64,000 nucleotides of DNA from Thiotrichaceae bacterium (GCA_027083815.1 JALWMR010000038.1:1898-65897); one strand, 5' to 3'; shown: positions 38,356 to 49,984, numbered from the stretch's first letter. Numbers and translations: made by a program. The notes: a model not told the origin generated them from the sequence alone.

Positions 38356-39630
38356 ATGTTTGCCCTTGCCGATTGCAATAACTTTTATGCCTCCTGCCAG
38401 CGCTTGTTTCGCCCTGATCTTGCAGGCAAACCCATTGTGGTGCTATCCAATAATGACGGCTGCATTATTGCCCGCTCTAATGAGGCAAAAACGCTAGGCG
38501 TTCCCATGGGCGCTCCTTATTATCAATGGAAGCCCTTTTTCAAGGCGCATCAGATACAGGTCTTTTCCAGTAACTATGCTCTTTATGGTGACTTATCGGC
38601 GCGCGTTATGCGTATTCTGGAAAGCTTTGAGTCCAATATTGATGTCTATTCAATTGATGAAGCCTTTTTGAATATTAGTGGTGTCCGCAATGAAAACCTG
38701 CATAATTTTGCACGGCTTATGCGCCAAACGACACTGCAATGGACGGGCATTCCATTATCCATTGGTGTTGCCCCCACCAGGACGCTAGCAAAGCTGGCCG
38801 CACATGCCATCAAAAAATACACTAAAAAGGAGGGTGTGCTGGTTTTCAAGACCGCACTGGAAGCGCTCCCCTATCTTGAACAAACCGCAGTTGGCAATAT
38901 TTGGGGTGTCGGTCGAAATTGGGCAAAAAAGCTGGAATACAATGGCATCCACAATGCCGCTGATTTAGCCCTTGCTGATCATGGCTGGATACGCAAGCAT
39001 TATAGCGTTGTGTTGCAACGCACCGCCATGGAGCTAGCAGGAACGTCATGTATCGAGCTGGATGATATGAGCATCCGTCAGCAAATATTGGTATCACGTA
39101 GCTTTCGCCCCAAAGTTGAAGATTACACACAGCTACACAGCTTTATTTCAGGCTATATCAGCCGCGCAGCCGAGAGGCTTCGCACCCAAAAAAGCCTGAC
39201 TAAACACCTCAGCCTTTTTATTCATACACCACCACAACAATTTGATGACCAGAGTAAAAGCAAAGACAATAGCTATTCCAATTCAATCAGCATTAAACTA
39301 AGTCAATACACCGCCGACACATCAACCCTGATTCGGGCTGGTAGCTGGGGACTGAAAAAGATTTTTAAACCCGGTTATCAGTATTATAAAGCAGGCATTA
39401 TTCTGAATGACCTGATTCCTGAAAAGAACCAGCAATATAGCCTCTTTTCAGCGGCCAATTATGATCAAAAAGCCCACCAGCGTATGCAATTACTGGATAG
39501 CATCAATAAACGCTTTGGCCCGGCATCATTGCGCTTTGCCAGTACCCCGGCAGAACGCTGGCAAATGTATCAAAAACACTTATCTCCCGCCTATACAACC
39601 CGCTGGGATGAGTTATTACAGGTAAGATAA
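38356..39630 (+). CDS. umuC: translesion DNA polymerase V catalytic subunit (Y-family)
   Basis: MFALADCNNFYASCQRLFRPDL...VVLSNNDGC...SIDEAFL, the Y-family palm motifs in the UmuC arrangement. Confidence 0.9.
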   Translation: MFALADCNNFYASCQRLFRPDLAGKPIVVLSNNDGCIIARSNEAKTLGVPMGAPYYQWKPFFKAHQIQVFSSNYALYGDLSARVMRILESFESNIDVYSIDEAFLNISGVRNENLHNFARLMRQTTLQWTGIPLSIGVAPTRTLAKLAAHAIKKYTKKEGVLVFKTALEALPYLEQTAVGNIWGVGRNWAKKLEYNGIHNAADLALADHGWIRKHYSVVLQRTAMELAGTSCIELDDMSIRQQILVSRSFRPKVEDYTQLHSFISGYISRAAERLRTQKSLTKHLSLFIHTPPQQFDDQSKSKDNSYSNSISIKLSQYTADTSTLIRAGSWGLKKIFKPGYQYYKAGIILNDLIPEKNQQYSLFSAANYDQKAHQRMQLLDSINKRFGPASLRFASTPAERWQMYQKHLSPAYTTRWDELLQVR

Positions 39631-39800
39631 ATCAAAAACATTAACTAACGTGTTTCCCATATTACCGGTTTAAACTATTAACCATGTTCTGCTTGTTCTG
39701 ACATCCCCAAAGGCGTTTGCTTACCGGATCAGAAGGTTGAGGGCTACCGGGACACGAATAACAAGCCTTAGCGCTGGCTTTAACAGTCTAAAGATATATT

Positions 39801-39924
39801 AAAAAGTACACCCCCCACCTTTTTTACGCTTTTCTCCTATCCTTGAACAAATGCTGGAATGTAGCGCCGACATGCTCAAAAGGATGCTTTACAAAATGCC
39901 CAAAAAGGTGGGGGGTGTACTTTT
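39801..39924. repeat. inverted pair of C-core repeats (copy 9, composite of about 124 bp)
   Basis: The left arm AAAAAGTACACCCCCCACCTTTTTTACGCTTTTCTCC (39801-39837) faces the right arm ...CCCAAAAAGGTGGGGGGTGTACTTTT (to 39924). The inner ATCCTT/AAGGAT extends the palindrome. Confidence 0.9.
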
Positions 39925-39963
39925 ATTTATGACTTGAAAGCTATGACTTGAAAGCAAATATTA

Positions 39964-41388
39964 CTAGCATTCTACTATATTGACTGGCACCTCTATCACC
40001 TGCAGGGCTAATCCGCCTCGTGCCGTTTCTTTATATTTAGCACGCATATCCTTGCCTGTTTCGCGCATGGTATTTATGACTTTATCCAGTGAAACATAGT
40101 GACTGCCATCACCCCGTAAAGCCATTCTGGAGGCATTTATCGCTTTAACCGCCCCCATTGCATTGCGTTCAATGCAGGGAATTTGCACCAGTCCCCCAAT
40201 AGGATCACAGGTTAAACCCAAATTATGTTCTATGCCTATTTCAGCCGCGTTTTCAACCTGCTCTGGCGTGCCTCCTAATACTTCAGTCAGTGCGCCTGCC
40301 GCCATTGCAGAAGCTGAGCCAACTTCTCCCTGGCAGCCTACCTCAGCACCCGAAATAGAGGCATTTTCTTTAATAATTATGCCAATAGCTGCCGCCGTGA
40401 GCAGAAAACGAATCACGCCTTCATCACCAGCGTGCTTATAGGCATCACAAAAGTTAACATAGTAATGCAAAACTGCTGGAATGATTCCTGCAGCTCCATT
40501 GGTAGGTGCTGTTACAACACGTCCTCCTGCGGCATTTTCTTCATTGACTGCCATAGCGTAAAGATTAACCCAATCCATGCTTCCTTGGGTAAACAGCTCA
40601 TGAGTTTCCTCATCTTTAAGTGACTGACATAACTCAGCAGCTCGGCGTTTTACCTTTAAGCCACCAGGCAAGATGCCATGCTGTTGGCAGCCTTTTTTTA
40701 CGCAATCCTGCATTGCCTGCCAAATACCGAGTAATTCGCTTTTTATCTCATCCTCAGAGTGCCACACTTGTTCATTTTGTAGCATAATGTCACTAATGGA
40801 TAATTGCTGTGCCTGACACAAAGATAACAGTGTTTCTGCGGTAGTAAATAAGTAAGGAAGGGTGCTGTTTTCTTGTTTCAAGTTTGCACTGAAAGGCTGT
40901 GAAGGATCATTGATTTGTGTTTCGTCAATAATAAAACCACCACCAACTGAGTAGTATTCTTTTCGCTCTAGCTCTTTACCCAGCTTGTTAAAGGCTTTAA
41001 AAATCATGCCATTAGCGTGAAAATCGAGAGATTTTTTTCGATAGAAAAGAATATTATCTGTTTGATTAAATGATATTTTATGAGCGCCAAGTAAGGGTAA
41101 TATCCCACTTGAATCTATAGATTCCAGCAGCCTGGGAACAGCATCAACATCTACCGTATCAGCCTGCTCGCCCATCAGCCCCAGCACTACGGCTTTATCA
41201 CTGCCATGGCCTTTACCTGTCGCACCGAGTGAACCATATAGCTCAATGGTAACAGAGTGCGTGTTATTCAGTTTTTTGCTATTTTTTAAACCCACTGCGA
41301 ACGCACGGGCGGCAATCATTGGCCCTACCGTATGAGAACTGGAAGGGCCAATGCCAATTTTAAAAAGATCGAATACGCTAATTGTCAT
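39964..41388 (-). CDS. sdaA: L-serine ammonia-lyase (iron-sulfur dependent, single chain)
   Basis: [22 protein letters not shown] start, [11 protein letters not shown], and C-terminal [16 protein letters not shown]. Confidence 0.9.
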   Translation of the reverse strand: MTISVFDLFKIGIGPSSSHTVGPMIAARAFAVGLKNSKKLNNTHSVTIELYGSLGATGKGHGSDKAVVLGLMGEQADTVDVDAVPRLLESIDSSGILPLLGAHKISFNQTDNILFYRKKSLDFHANGMIFKAFNKLGKELERKEYYSVGGGFIIDETQINDPSQPFSANLKQENSTLPYLFTTAETLLSLCQAQQLSISDIMLQNEQVWHSEDEIKSELLGIWQAMQDCVKKGCQQHGILPGGLKVKRRAAELCQSLKDEETHELFTQGSMDWVNLYAMAVNEENAAGGRVVTAPTNGAAGIIPAVLHYYVNFCDAYKHAGDEGVIRFLLTAAAIGIIIKENASISGAEVGCQGEVGSASAMAAGALTEVLGGTPEQVENAAEIGIEHNLGLTCDPIGGLVQIPCIERNAMGAVKAINASRMALRGDGSHYVSLDKVINTMRETGKDMRAKYKETARGGLALQVIEVPVNIVEC

Positions 41389-41462
41389 GCTTGAAGCGTA
41401 GCGTAATTCTGAACGTTAATGCGTTCTTTTTAAGGGCGACTCTATTAATAATGAGAACCGAC

Positions 41463-43766
41463 CTATAACTTAAGCGGCTCAGCTTCTTTGTGAGCCTCGT
41501 AAGAAATATCCAGCTTATCATCCTTTTCGGTAATCCGAACCGTGCCGCCATTATTGCTCAGCTTACCAAACAGTATTTCATCAGCCAAAGAGCGTTTAAT
41601 CTTGTCTTTAATCAGGCGCTCCATTGGTCTAGCGCCCATAATAGGATCATAACCTTCTTTGGATAACCAGCGTTTTGCCTTGTCATCAACAATGAGAACC
41701 ACTTTTTTCTCGTGAAGCTGTTCTTCTAATTGAATCAGGAACTTATCAACAATCGAGATAATGACTTTTTCATCCAGAGGCTTAAACTGAATCACACCAT
41801 CAAGACGATTTCTGAACTCTGGTGTAAAGACTTTTTCGATCGCTTTCATGGTATCCATCGAGTGATCTTGTTTGGTAAAGCCCATGGAGCTACGGTTTAT
41901 ATTTTCGGCACCGGCATTACTGGTCATCACCAGAATCACATTTCTGAAGTCAACCTTGCGTCCCGTGCTGTCCGTCAGGAAGCCGTTATCCATTACTTGC
42001 AAAAGCAAGTTGAAGACATCGGGATGTGCTTTTTCAATCTCATCCAGTAACAGTACAGCATGTGGCGTTTTATTCACCGCATCGGTTAACAAACCACCGT
42101 TGTCAAAACCAACATAACCAGGAGGCGCACCAATCAAACGTGAAACAGTATGACGCTCCATGTATTCAGACATATCAAAGCGAATTAACTCAATACCCAG
42201 ATTTTCAGCCAGTTGTTTGGTGACCTCAGTTTTACCCACACCCGTAGGACCAGCAAAAACAAAAGAACCGATTGGTTTGGTATCTTCACGAAGACCTGAA
42301 CGAGCCATTTTAACTGCCGTCACCAACTGATCTATTGCCATACTCTGACCAAACACAACACGTTTTAAGTTTAGGTCAAGGTTTCGCAACACTTCCATAT
42401 CAGAGCTAGAAACCGTTTTAGGCGGAACCCGAGCAATTTTGGCTACAATCGCTTCAACATCGCTAACCGTGATTTTCTTTTTACGTGTTTTACTGGGCTG
42501 AAGTTGACGATTAGCACCAGCCTCATCGATTACATCAATGGCCTTGTCGGGTAAGAAACGATCGGTAATATAACGTTCCGCCAGCTTAGCCGCAGATTCA
42601 AGCGCTGGCAGAGTATAAGTTACATTGTGATGCTCTTCAAAACGTGACTTGAGACCTTTAAGAATTTTTACCGTTTCATTAACCGTTGGCTCTTTGATAT
42701 CAATTTTCTGGAAACGACGTGCCAAGGCTCTCTCCTTCTCAAAAATACTGTGATATTCCTGAAAAGTGGTTGAGCCTATACACTTTAGTTCACCCGTTGC
42801 CAGCATTGGCTTTAGCAGGTTCGAAGCATCCATAGTGCCACCAGAGGTAGCACCTGCACCAATCATAATATGTATTTCATCAATAAAAAGAACGGCATTG
42901 TCTTCTTGTTTGATCTGATTTAAAACGCCCTTCAACCGCTTTTCAAAATCACCACGGTATTTGGTGCCAGCGACAATTGCGCCCAAATCCAGCGAATAAA
43001 TGACAGAGCCTTCAAGAACCTCAGGGACTTCTTTATCGACAATACGTTTAGCCAGGCCTTCAGCGATAGCTGTCTTGCCAACACCAGATTCACCGACCAA
43101 TAAGGGGTTATTTTTACGACGACGACATAAAACTTGCACCGTGCGCTCTATTTCTAACTCTCGACCAATTAAGGGGTCAATTTTTCCATCAATTGCAGCC
43201 TGATTCAGATTGGTTGCAAATCGCTCTAGTGGACTTAATTTTGTTTCTGCTTCTGTCTCTACACCTTGTTCAGCATCAATTGATTCTTCCTGATTAATAT
43301 CTTCTTCAATATTAAAATCAGATAATAGAGTCTCATCTTTATGAATATCATGTGAAACATAATTGACCAGATCAAGACGGGTCATATCCTGTTTCGCCAG
43401 ATAATAAATAGCATGTGATTCAGGCTCACCAAATATGGCGACCAGAATATTTTCACCCGTAACCTCACCCTTTCCGGTTGCTTGTACATGGTAAACAGCA
43501 CGTTGTATTACACGCTGAAAACCAAGCGTTGGCTGGGTTTCACGCTGGTCTTCTTCACTGAGTAATGGTGTATTGTCTTCAATATAACTTTCCAGCTCAT
43601 TTTGCAATATAGCAATATCCACACCACAGGCGCGTAAAGCCTTCCCTGCAGAGGGGTTGGTTGTCATTGAAAGTAGCAAGTGTTCTACCGTGACAAATTC
43701 ATGATGTTTGTCGCGCGCATCTCTGAATAATTTATTGATTGAATATTCGACTTCGGTACTTAACAT
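41463..43766 (-). CDS. clpA: ATP-dependent Clp protease ATP-binding subunit ClpA
   Basis: Clp N domain and two AAA+ modules ([16 protein letters not shown]). Located downstream of clpS. Confidence 0.95.
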   Translation of the reverse strand: MLSTEVEYSINKLFRDARDKHHEFVTVEHLLLSMTTNPSAGKALRACGVDIAILQNELESYIEDNTPLLSEEDQRETQPTLGFQRVIQRAVYHVQATGKGEVTGENILVAIFGEPESHAIYYLAKQDMTRLDLVNYVSHDIHKDETLLSDFNIEEDINQEESIDAEQGVETEAETKLSPLERFATNLNQAAIDGKIDPLIGRELEIERTVQVLCRRRKNNPLLVGESGVGKTAIAEGLAKRIVDKEVPEVLEGSVIYSLDLGAIVAGTKYRGDFEKRLKGVLNQIKQEDNAVLFIDEIHIMIGAGATSGGTMDASNLLKPMLATGELKCIGSTTFQEYHSIFEKERALARRFQKIDIKEPTVNETVKILKGLKSRFEEHHNVTYTLPALESAAKLAERYITDRFLPDKAIDVIDEAGANRQLQPSKTRKKKITVSDVEAIVAKIARVPPKTVSSSDMEVLRNLDLNLKRVVFGQSMAIDQLVTAVKMARSGLREDTKPIGSFVFAGPTGVGKTEVTKQLAENLGIELIRFDMSEYMERHTVSRLIGAPPGYVGFDNGGLLTDAVNKTPHAVLLLDEIEKAHPDVFNLLLQVMDNGFLTDSTGRKVDFRNVILVMTSNAGAENINRSSMGFTKQDHSMDTMKAIEKVFTPEFRNRLDGVIQFKPLDEKVIISIVDKFLIQLEEQLHEKKVVLIVDDKAKRWLSKEGYDPIMGARPMERLIKDKIKRSLADEILFGKLSNNGGTVRITEKDDKLDISYEAHKEAEPLKL

Positions 43767-43808
43767 ATACTACTCCTTATTGTTTGCCCTTTTGCCCATG
43801 TGTGATAA

Positions 43809-44174
43809 TTATTCCTGCTCCATGGTACAAAGCAGTGGATGCTCATGTTCGCGAGCAAATTCATTCACCATCACAACTTTGGTTTCTGCAATGTCTTTAG
43901 AAAAAACACCGCAAACGCCTTTACCCTTGGTATGCACATTCAGCATGATACGTGTGGCCTCTTCTTCACTGAGATTAAAAAATATTCTCAGGATTTCTAC
44001 CACAAACTCCATGGGAGTAAAGTCATCATTGACCAGTATAACCATATAACGTTTCGGCTCCTCTACATCTGGGCGGGATTCCTGTACCACCAAGCCGGTA
44101 TCATGGTCATTTTCTTCCTCTGAATGGTTTTTAATCACCATTGCTGAGGACAGGATACGATTCAACATAAACAC
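43809..44174 (-). CDS. clpS: ATP-dependent Clp protease adaptor ClpS
   Basis: [20 protein letters not shown]...[15 protein letters not shown]...AETKV...HPLLCTME. Confidence 0.9.
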   Translation of the reverse strand: MFMLNRILSSAMVIKNHSEEENDHDTGLVVQESRPDVEEPKRYMVILVNDDFTPMEFVVEILRIFFNLSEEEATRIMLNVHTKGKGVCGVFSKDIAETKVVMVNEFAREHEHPLLCTMEQE

Positions 44175-44210
44175 TTCTCTTCTTTATCTAAGGCTTAAAT
44201 CAAGCAATAA

Positions 44211-45479
44211 CTACATATGGCTTATCATTTGATCGCCAAATTCTGAACAACTTACTTCGGTTGCACCCTCCATTTGACCAGAAAAATCAAAGGTGACTTT
44301 TTTGGCTTCAATAGCGGCACCCAAAGCTTTTACAACAAGGTCGGCAGCCTCAGTCCATCCCATATGCCTTAACATCATTTCAGCTGACAGAATAATTGAA
44401 CCAGGGTTCGCTTTATTAAGACCTGCTATCGGTGGAGCAGTTCCATGGGTGGCTTCAAACAAGGCAATCGTGTCGGACATATTGGCACCCGGTGCAATAC
44501 CGATTCCACCAACCTGTGCCGCCAGTGCATCCGAAATATAATCGCCGTTCAGATTTAATGTGGCTATCACATCATAATCTTCCGGATACAATAAAATATT
44601 TTGCAAAAAGGCATCGGCTATCACATCTTTTATGACAATATCATTGCCTGTTTTTGGGTTTTTCAGTGTCATCCATGGACCACCGTCAAGGTCAGTTGCA
44701 CCAAACTCGTTTTTAGCCAGATCATAGCCCCATTGTTTGAAACCACCTTCGGTGAATTTCATGATATTGCCTTTATGGACAAGGGTCAGGCTGGGTTTAT
44801 CATTATCTATGGCATATTGTAACGCTTTTCGCACTAATCGCTCAGTACCCTCTTTAGATACGGGTTTAATTCCAATTCCAGATGTATCCGGAAAGCGAAT
44901 CTTGGTCACTCCCATTTCATCCTGCAAAAACTTAATAAGCTTTTGTGCCTCAGCAGAGCCACTCTGCCATTCAATACCGGCATAGATATCTTCCGAGTTT
45001 TCGCGAAAAATAACCATATCCGTTTTTTCTGGATGACAAATTGGGCTAGGTGTACCGGGATAGTAACGAATAGGACGAAGGCAGGTATATAAATCCAGCT
45101 CTTGTCGCAAGGTCACATTGAGTGAGCGAATACCACCACCAACAGGCGTGGTAAGCGGGCCTTTAACCGAAACCACATAGTCCTTAATGGCATCCATGGT
45201 CTCATCAGGCATCCACACATCTGCGCCATAAACAGTGGTTGCTTTTTCACCAGCGAATACTTCCATCCACTGTATTTCTCTATCTCTACCGTATGCTTTA
45301 TCAACGGCAGCATTAATCACCTTTATCATTACCGGCGAAATGTCAGCACCAATACCATCGCCTTCAATGTAGGGGATAATTGGCTTATCAGGTACATTTA
45401 AAGAGAAATCTGGATTGGTAGTAATTTTCTCGCCAGTCTCTGGTATTTTGATATATTGGTAGTTCAAAGTAAGCTCCAA
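44211..45479 (-). CDS. icd: NADP-dependent isocitrate dehydrogenase
   Basis: [34 protein letters not shown] motifs. The annotated start is TTG. Confidence 0.95.
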   Translation of the reverse strand: MELTLNYQYIKIPETGEKITTNPDFSLNVPDKPIIPYIEGDGIGADISPVMIKVINAAVDKAYGRDREIQWMEVFAGEKATTVYGADVWMPDETMDAIKDYVVSVKGPLTTPVGGGIRSLNVTLRQELDLYTCLRPIRYYPGTPSPICHPEKTDMVIFRENSEDIYAGIEWQSGSAEAQKLIKFLQDEMGVTKIRFPDTSGIGIKPVSKEGTERLVRKALQYAIDNDKPSLTLVHKGNIMKFTEGGFKQWGYDLAKNEFGATDLDGGPWMTLKNPKTGNDIVIKDVIADAFLQNILLYPEDYDVIATLNLNGDYISDALAAQVGGIGIAPGANMSDTIALFEATHGTAPPIAGLNKANPGSIILSAEMMLRHMGWTEAADLVVKALGAAIEAKKVTFDFSGQMEGATEVSCSEFGDQMISHM

Positions 45480-45581
45480 AAGTTTTTATAATAATGTGGC
45501 CATTGTAACGCAAAACAAGTGTTTTGTGATTTGAAAACTGGTAGATTACGCGCCTGATTATACTCACTATTGGAAAATGCG

Positions 45582-46577
45582 ATGAAATACCATGTTTACG
45601 GCATTGGCAATGCACTGGTTGATAAAGAATTTGAAGTTAGCGAACAATTTCTGTCTGAAATGAATATTGAAAAAGGGCTAATGACGCTAATCGAAAAAGA
45701 ACAGCAGGAAGCCTTATTGGCTCAGTTAAAAGAAAAATTTGGTTTAAAAAAACGTGCTGGTGGTGGCTCTGCCGCCAACAGCATTGTTGCAATCAGCCAG
45801 TTTGGTGGTAAAACATTTTATGCCTGTAAGGTCGCCGATGATGAAACTGGCGACTTTTATATGAAAGACCTTGCCAGGGCAGGTGTAACAACTAAGCTAG
45901 ATCAAGTTAAGGGCGATGGTGTTACCGGTAAGTGCATGGTAATGGTTACCGAAGATGCCGAAAGAACCATGAACACCTATTTGGGTATTACCTCAGATTT
46001 CTCTGAAAAAGACCTGCATCTGGATGATCTGAAAGAATCTGAATATCTTTATATCGAAGGCTATCTGGTTACCTCCGATGTATCGCGCAATGCTGCCATC
46101 CGTGCCCGCCAGGTTGCCCGTCAGAATGGCGTTAAAACAGCTTTTACTTTCTCTGATCCGGCAATGGTTTCATATTTTAAGGATGGCGTCAGTGAAATTA
46201 TTGGCGATGGTGTTGATGTGCTCTTTTGCAATGAAGAGGAAGCCAGTATCTACACGGGAAAAGAGGCTCTGGATGATGCCATTTCAGATCTGACCAAGAT
46301 TGCTAATAAAGTCGTTGTTACCCGTGGTAGCAAGGGTGCAAAAGTGGTAACAGGCGATAAAAGCGTTGATATTGAAGTCAGCAAAGTAAAGGCCATTGAT
46401 ACCAACGGCGCAGGCGATATGTTTGCCGGTGCTTTTATGTTTGGACTTACTCAAGGCTTTAGCGATCGCGATGCTGGACTATTAGCCAGTGAGGCGGCCG
46501 CCAGAATCGTCTCCACTTTCGGTGCTCGCCTTGAAAAAGAGGTACAAGAGGAATTATTAAAAAAATACCTTAGCTAA
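45582..46577 (+). CDS. PfkB-family kinase (adenosine-kinase-like)
   Basis: GIGNALVD start, GGSAANS, and the DTNGAGDMFAGAF PfkB signature. I preferred the ATG at 45582 to the TTG at 45570. Confidence 0.8.
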   Translation: MKYHVYGIGNALVDKEFEVSEQFLSEMNIEKGLMTLIEKEQQEALLAQLKEKFGLKKRAGGGSAANSIVAISQFGGKTFYACKVADDETGDFYMKDLARAGVTTKLDQVKGDGVTGKCMVMVTEDAERTMNTYLGITSDFSEKDLHLDDLKESEYLYIEGYLVTSDVSRNAAIRARQVARQNGVKTAFTFSDPAMVSYFKDGVSEIIGDGVDVLFCNEEEASIYTGKEALDDAISDLTKIANKVVVTRGSKGAKVVTGDKSVDIEVSKVKAIDTNGAGDMFAGAFMFGLTQGFSDRDAGLLASEAAARIVSTFGARLEKEVQEELLKKYLS

Positions 46578-46598
46578 TACCTAAATTAATCCTTATTT

Positions 46599-46694
46599 AA
46601 AAGTACCCCCCTACCTTTTTACCGTTTTAAGGCTTCTTACTTGCATTACGTCGAGAAAACAGCTAAAAAGTGGGGGGGGGGGGGGGGTACTTTT
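46599..46694. repeat. inverted pair of C-core repeats (copy 10) with G16 tract
   Basis: The left arm AAAAGTACCCCCCTACCTTTTTACCGTTTT faces the right arm GAGAAAACAGCTAAAAAGT-G16-TACTTTT. The G run is at 46672-46687. Confidence 0.9.
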
Positions 46695-46808
46695 AATTGA
46701 TATATTTATCCTTTTTTGAACGTTTCCTGACCGGGTTCGCTGACGAATTGCCTGATTTGAACTAATAATAGGCGTGTAACGTTAATTATTTCAAAAAAGG
46801 AGAGTAGC

Positions 46809-48008
46809 ATGTCAAAACAGTTTCTGGAAATGCCTGATGAAAAGGGCTACTTTGGTGAATATGGTGGTCAAATCATTCCACCACCCTTAATTGACATCAT
46901 GAATGAAATCAATGATGCCTATGAAAAGGTCAGTAACTCCCAAGCCTTTAAAGATGAGCTATATGACCTGCAAAAAAACTATATCGGTCGCCCTAGCCCC
47001 ATTTATCACGCTAAACGAATCACCGAAAAAGCGGGTGGCGCACAAATATATCTAAAACGTGAAGATTTAAACCACACGGGCGCACACAAAATCAACCACT
47101 GTATTGGCGAAGCCTTACTTGCCAAGCATATGGGAAAAACCAAGGTATTGGCAGAAACCGGTGCCGGTCAACATGGTGTTGCACTGGCAACAGCCTGCGC
47201 ACTGGTTGGTATGGATTGCGAAATTCACATGGGTGAAATCGACATTGAAAAAGAACACCCCAATGTTACCAAAATGAAAATTCTTGGCTGCAAGCTAGTA
47301 CCCGTATCGCGTGGCACTCGCACCTTAAAAGATGCAGTTGATAGCGCCTTTGAGGAATATCTGAAAGATCCGGCAAACTATTTTTATGCAATCGGTTCTG
47401 TGGTTGGCCCTCACCCTTTCCCTAAAATGGTGCGTGATTTTCAAAGTGTTGTTGGGCGTGAAGCACGTGAGCAATTCCTGGAAACAAACGATAAATTACC
47501 CGATACACTAATCGCCTGCGTCGGCGGTGGCTCTAACGCCATGGGTCTATTTACTGCATTTCTTGAAGATGAAGATGTGCAGATGATCGGTGTAGAACCC
47601 GCTGGAAAAGGACTGGATACACCCGATAATGCCGCGACTTTAACCCTCGGTACAAAGGGTGCCATCCATGGTTTTGAATGCTATAACCTGCAAGATGAAG
47701 AAGGCAATCCCCTGCCCGTCTATTCAATTGCTTCAGGGCTTGATTATCCCGGCGTGGGTCCGCAGCACTGTTACTTAAAAGACATTGAGCGTGTGGAATA
47801 TGTCACAGCCGATGACAAGGAATGTCTAAACGCCTTTATGGAACTGTCACAACTAGAAGGCATTATACCTGCCCTGGAAAGCGCCCATGCCGTTGCACAC
47901 GCCATGAGAATTGCAAAGGACCTGCCTGCTGATAAAACCATTTTGGTCAATCTATCCGGGCGTGGTGATAAAGATGCCGATTTTGTTGCTGATAAGCTAG
48001 CGCTTTGA
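46809..48008 (+). CDS. trpB: tryptophan synthase beta chain (stand-alone)
   Basis: [21 protein letters not shown] (PLP lysine), [14 protein letters not shown]. No trpA is adjacent. Confidence 0.9.
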   Translation: MSKQFLEMPDEKGYFGEYGGQIIPPPLIDIMNEINDAYEKVSNSQAFKDELYDLQKNYIGRPSPIYHAKRITEKAGGAQIYLKREDLNHTGAHKINHCIGEALLAKHMGKTKVLAETGAGQHGVALATACALVGMDCEIHMGEIDIEKEHPNVTKMKILGCKLVPVSRGTRTLKDAVDSAFEEYLKDPANYFYAIGSVVGPHPFPKMVRDFQSVVGREAREQFLETNDKLPDTLIACVGGGSNAMGLFTAFLEDEDVQMIGVEPAGKGLDTPDNAATLTLGTKGAIHGFECYNLQDEEGNPLPVYSIASGLDYPGVGPQHCYLKDIERVEYVTADDKECLNAFMELSQLEGIIPALESAHAVAHAMRIAKDLPADKTILVNLSGRGDKDADFVADKLAL

Positions 48009-48016
48009 AGGCATCA

Positions 48017-48048
48017 AAAGTGCTTTAATTATTACTAAAGCACTTTTA
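48017..48048. terminator. bidirectional hairpin between convergent genes
   Basis: AAAAGTGCTTTA-ATTATTAC-TAAAGCACTTTT, a perfect 12-bp stem with A/T tracts on both sides. Confidence 0.7.
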
Positions 48049-48065
48049 AAGCCACGTTCTTAATA

Positions 48066-48296
48066 TTATTTAAGCAAAAAACGTAACGCATCGGCGTGGT
48101 CTGCTGCTTTTCGTCCCAAATCTGTCAGATAACCGCCATCTTCCTCAGTAATAAGCCCTTTACGATGAAGCTCTTTTGCCGCATCAATTAAGGAAGCAGC
48201 TGCATCATGGTGGATTTTGATTCCGTCCATTTCATTCTTAAGGTTAAATTGAGTCAATACATTTAGTTGGTTGGTTTGTTCTTCGTTAAAAAACAT
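48066..48296 (-). CDS. small conserved helical protein, unknown function
   Basis: 76 aa with ...GLITEEDGGYLTDLGRKAADHA... It resembles a small gammaproteobacterial family (possibly TIGR02647-type) from memory only. Confidence 0.4.
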   Translation of the reverse strand: MFFNEEQTNQLNVLTQFNLKNEMDGIKIHHDAAASLIDAAKELHRKGLITEEDGGYLTDLGRKAADHADALRFLLK

Positions 48297-48397
48297 GGCT
48301 TATCCTTTAAAATCACTTTTCAATACTGATATATCTTACACCTATTTAGTAGCCTGCCCAGATAATATCAACTAATTTGTGTACTAACTTTGCAATA

Positions 48398-49984
48398 TCA
48401 GTTGGCAACTTCAAGCACGATAATGAATGATGCGCCGGTAAATTGCCCTTTTTCATCCTTTGCCTCATTGTTAAGCCGAATAGAGCCATTCGATGATTTT
48501 AGTAAGGACGCAATAATTCCAAGGCCTAGCCCTGTTCCACCCGTCTCACGTCGTGTGGTAAAAAAAGGAGTGAATATTTTATCTTGATTCGCCGCCGATA
48601 TGCCCTTGCCATTATCATGAAAAGTAATTTCTACACGTTCAGGGGGAAAATTCAAACTAAGCTGCATACGTGTCGCGCCATGTTGCAAGGCGTTATCACA
48701 CAGATTATGCATGACACTTTGCAGGGAAGAAACGCCAATACGAAGTTTCAAGTCAGGGTCAAGATTTTCATCCATTAGTTCTATATTCAATCCCAGGTCG
48801 TGATAATGTCCTTTTAACTTGCTTAGTTCGGTTGAAAGTTTGCATACTTCATTACTACTTTGTATAGCATCTGCCCGTGCTTGTTCCAGTAAGCGATTAA
48901 CCAGTTGCTTTAAGCGTTGCGTATCTGCTTGCAGGTTATCAATAAAGCGCAGACGCTGCTCATCTGACATATCATGTTCCTGAAGTAACTCTAATGAGCC
49001 TTGCATGGAGGTTAAAGGGGTTTTAAATTCATGCGATACATGGGAGGCGAATTGCTGAATATAGTGGGAACGCTCCTGCAAGGCCTTCGACATTTCTGAA
49101 AAGCTGCTGGATAACTCAGCCAGTTCATAGGTTCCCGGCTTATGTAGTACTTCAACTGTTTCAATCTCGCCGCGCGTAACCTTTTGAGTTTGCTCAATTA
49201 GCTCCCGTATCGGACGAGATAAACGAGAGGATAAAAATAAAACAATTAAGCCTGTCAAACCGAGCAATAACAGCGAAAGCAGGATTACCTTTTCTTTTAT
49301 ACTATAGAGGTGTTTTAGTATATTTTGCGGAGTCCGTGATAAATAAACTACGCCATACACCTGACCCTTGTTAATAATCGGAAAAGCGGTAAAAACACGA
49401 ATTCCAGTGCCTCGGCTAATTGATGCAATTGAAGGTGGAGGCTGATCTGAAATACGCTCACGCAAAACGGCTGTATATTCCCCCGTAAGTGCCTTTTTAA
49501 CCTCTGTAACATGAGCGAGCGACTGATTTAATTCGCCACGCCCGGCAACCACAATACCATTTGCATCCAGAATTCGAATACCCGCCAGAGTCACTTTTTG
49601 AGTATTCAATAAGATCTTCTGCATGGCTTTGCCTGCTTGTTGAGCAATCGCATAACCCGGAGTCTGATTATACGAAGTAGACAAACGTGCGTGAGGACGA
49701 CGCGGTAAAACCGGATCTTTCGCTAAATCAAGCTGTGGCAAAACGGGGGTATATTGACCATTTATCTCAATATCATTTTGACCAATGAGTTCCCGGTAGA
49801 CAGCTGCAAATGCAGCAGACTGTGTAATCAGCTCAATTTCAGTTTTACGAACCAGTTCATTTTCATAAAAACGAAAAAAATACAAACTACCCAATGGCAA
49901 CAATAAAACGGCCAAAATAACCATTAGCAGAATGGTGCGTAAACGAAATAGTTTTTTTAGTTGGGGCTTAGCATTTATTTGCAT
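48398..49984 (-). CDS. sensor histidine kinase (periplasmic sensor, HAMP, HisKA, HATPase_c)
   Basis: Two TM helices around a loop of about 190 aa, H-box SHEFKTPLTS, N-box CDNALQH, and G-boxes DNGKGI / GTGLGLGI. I chose the start MQINAKPQ, which overlaps the regulator stop by 10 nt. Confidence 0.85.
   Translation of the reverse strand: MQINAKPQLKKLFRLRTILLMVILAVLLLPLGSLYFFRFYENELVRKTEIELITQSAAFAAVYRELIGQNDIEINGQYTPVLPQLDLAKDPVLPRRPHARLSTSYNQTPGYAIAQQAGKAMQKILLNTQKVTLAGIRILDANGIVVAGRGELNQSLAHVTEVKKALTGEYTAVLRERISDQPPPSIASISRGTGIRVFTAFPIINKGQVYGVVYLSRTPQNILKHLYSIKEKVILLSLLLLGLTGLIVLFLSSRLSRPIRELIEQTQKVTRGEIETVEVLHKPGTYELAELSSSFSEMSKALQERSHYIQQFASHVSHEFKTPLTSMQGSLELLQEHDMSDEQRLRFIDNLQADTQRLKQLVNRLLEQARADAIQSSNEVCKLSTELSKLKGHYHDLGLNIELMDENLDPDLKLRIGVSSLQSVMHNLCDNALQHGATRMQLSLNFPPERVEITFHDNGKGISAANQDKIFTPFFTTRRETGGTGLGLGIIASLLKSSNGSIRLNNEAKDEKGQFTGASFIIVLEVAN

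Noticed and set aside
39631-39800. Possible small RNA (SRP-like CCGGATCAGAAGG... segment) downstream of umuC
   Set aside because: It does not match the conserved 4.5S RNA core that I remember (GGUCAGGUCCGGAAGGAAGCAGCC). I saw no clear promoter or terminator, and I cannot support an ncRNA call by eye.
41409-41433. GAACGTTAATGCGTTC palindrome plus TTTTT between clpA and sdaA
   Set aside because: The T-tract is on the plus strand, where no gene ends. On the coding (minus) strand no U-tract follows the hairpin. I could not assign a terminator or operator role with any confidence.
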